The position numbers were made by a program, and so were the translations under genes. From contig JBHGNT010000012.1 in NCBI GenBank assembly GCA_043228905.1, forward strand, positions 16,058,001-16,122,000: a DNA stretch of 64,000 nt, written 5' to 3'. The DNA is from Azolla caroliniana. Lineage: Eukaryota; Plantae; Polypodiophyta. Below are positions 62,175 through 64,000 of the stretch, piece by piece (the stretch's first letter is position 1; every line of letters starts with the position of its first letter). The notes below the pieces were generated by a model. That model saw only the letters and a list, made by a program, of their open reading frames with translations. It was not told where the DNA came from and ran no database searches.

Positions 62175-63160
62175 TGTTAGGGTCATGACTCATCATGGCT
62201 CCATACAAGTTGTATCTAAGTGTTACATGCAATAGGGCCACATCACTTAAACAATCAACTCATGATGGAGCCTCAAGCTAATGATTAAATCATGAACTCA
62301 AGATTGACGGTGGAACGGACAAATCTCAATTCAACCTTCAAACTCGCTAAACACAAGAAGGTTGTAGAACTTTAATTGCACAAGGATTCAAAACTCATAA
62401 GACACCTTGAATGCAAGAGAGCTCAACACAAAGGCCATTTAACTCAAGAGAGATCTTAAACTCATGAGTGTCATAGACACACAAAAGTTTTTTACTCTAG
62501 TTCACTCCAATCTCCAATTTTATAAAATAATAATATTTGAACCACGGCGAGAACTATTATGCTCACAACTGAGTACAACTCATGAAAGAGTTCAAATTAA
62601 TGACTGAATATCAAAAGATGAATGAATCTAGAAGTTCAAACATGTAACCCAAAATCTACACATGTTTCTATGATATCTCGGATTTCTAACTTCGACTAGT
62701 TTAGGGTTGTTTATATATTTAAGAAGTTGTTTTTCTAGGATTCTAACTTTGAAGGATACTGTCACAATCGAAGATTTGAAGGCGATGTCGATTTTGAAGA
62801 AAAGAAGATAATAACAAAACAAGAAGACAAGAATTTGTATTACTCGAAGACCAAGATGACAAGGGTGTTGAAGACTAGTGTTGAACCGGAATAGTTCAAC
62901 ACTAAGCAGATCTTCCACTTATATAGCATACATACGATCATGCATGATCGCCACTTGGCATAATACATGTGTGCCACTTGGCAATCATCCATTGTGTTTA
63001 GTGTCCCATAACTCTAAATAATAATAGTATGAAAACATATTTATTAATTTAAATAAGTGGGCGTTATGGTTAAAGTGTAAGACCTTGACATTTTGTGACA
63101 TCATCCCCTCCTTTGACAACGAGTTCCAAGAGTCGCAATGCATGAACTAGGTTTTGGTTT
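62175..63160 (-). mobile_element. Probable Gypsy 3' LTR (63100-62175) with PPT
   Basis: Minus strand AAAGGAGGGGATGA followed by TGTCACAAAATG; the other end is TGTTAGGG at 62175 (less certain). Confidence 0.5.
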
Positions 63161-64000
63161 TGTTGAGAATCAAGCTCAACCTAACCTTGTGTGTGAACAC
63201 ACCCTTTGCGAATCTATGAGCACTCAAAGGTCAAGAGTCATACCACTACTTTCTACACATTAACTATGTGTCATAGAATCATATTCTATGACACATAACT
63301 AATGAGTTACATATTCCCCATGACTATGAGTCTTGACATTCCCCAAGAGAGAGTGGTTGTTGTAGTTAGTTAATGAAGAGAGAGGGTGACTATATATAAA
63401 GCACCTTCCTCATACTTCATATTAAGTCGGTTGTGACTCCTTGTAATTCTACATTTTATATTTCATATTCTACTTGTGAATATACATCTTCTTTTTCTTG
63501 AGTATTTCATTTCTCTAGCTTATCTATCTTGTGTTTCTCTTCTCTTCTCTCTTTTCTCTCACACATAACACATATCATACCCGATTCTTTACATGGTATC
63601 GGAGCGGTTTGGTAGCCCATATGCGTGTGTTGTGTCTATGCCGACGTTCGAGAAGAACCGGTCCATCGCTATCGTAGTGCGACTACATAGCTCGTATTCA
63701 AGAGAGAAGGAAAAGAAAAGAAGGAAGAAATCTTCATCGAAAATGAATGCTCAAATGGGGAACGCTCTCCCTAGCAAGAAGCTAGATCAAAACAACTTTG
63801 AATCTTGGGAGTACAAGATGCACCAATACCTTGTCGGCCAAGGCTATTGAAACTACATCAAAGGAGCACAAGAAAATCGACTTGACCCAACAACCCGTGA
63901 ATACTCAACATGGGAGCAAGCTGCGAGCTGAGTAATATATTGCATGGTGACATGTGTTCGTGAACACATGCTCGGTTACATTCGAGAAGCCAAGACGCCG
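63161..64000 (+). mobile_element. Copia element 5' end (LTR 63161-63593, PBS, gag from 63743), same family as 42522
   Basis: TGTTGAGAATC..TTCTTTACA, TGGTATCGGAGC, MNAQMGNALPSKKLDQNNFESWEYKMHQYLVGQGY*. Confidence 0.88.

Overview
Eukaryotic, TE-rich land-plant DNA. It is most likely from a non-seed plant such as a fern, an inference from the RTEX-like LINE and Tcn1-like chromovirus fragments. Two host genes are supported: a 5-exon mitochondrial-type GrpE co-chaperone (minus strand, 14145-17532, one GC-AG intron) and a single-exon 62-aa conserved-looking basic plant protein (55649-55837). There is also a PPR E-domain pseudogene fragment. Most of the rest is nested retroelements whose boundaries can be read from target-site duplications (TSDs): an intact, recent Tnt1/Tork-like copia (490-5661, TSD TGATG), two nested chromodomain Gypsy elements (20284-34982 and 20499-28240), a degenerate copia with an inverted 3' end (42522-47756) inside a LINE (about 39240-50966), and many solo LTRs. 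The most notable pattern is five LTR-type insertions with TGTC starts, sharing TGTCGTG at one end, that all sit at a 4-bp ACG(T/C) target. Three have complete 4-bp TSDs, and those three carry tRNA-like Pol III A/B-box modules. All calls come from reading the sequence; no database searches were run.
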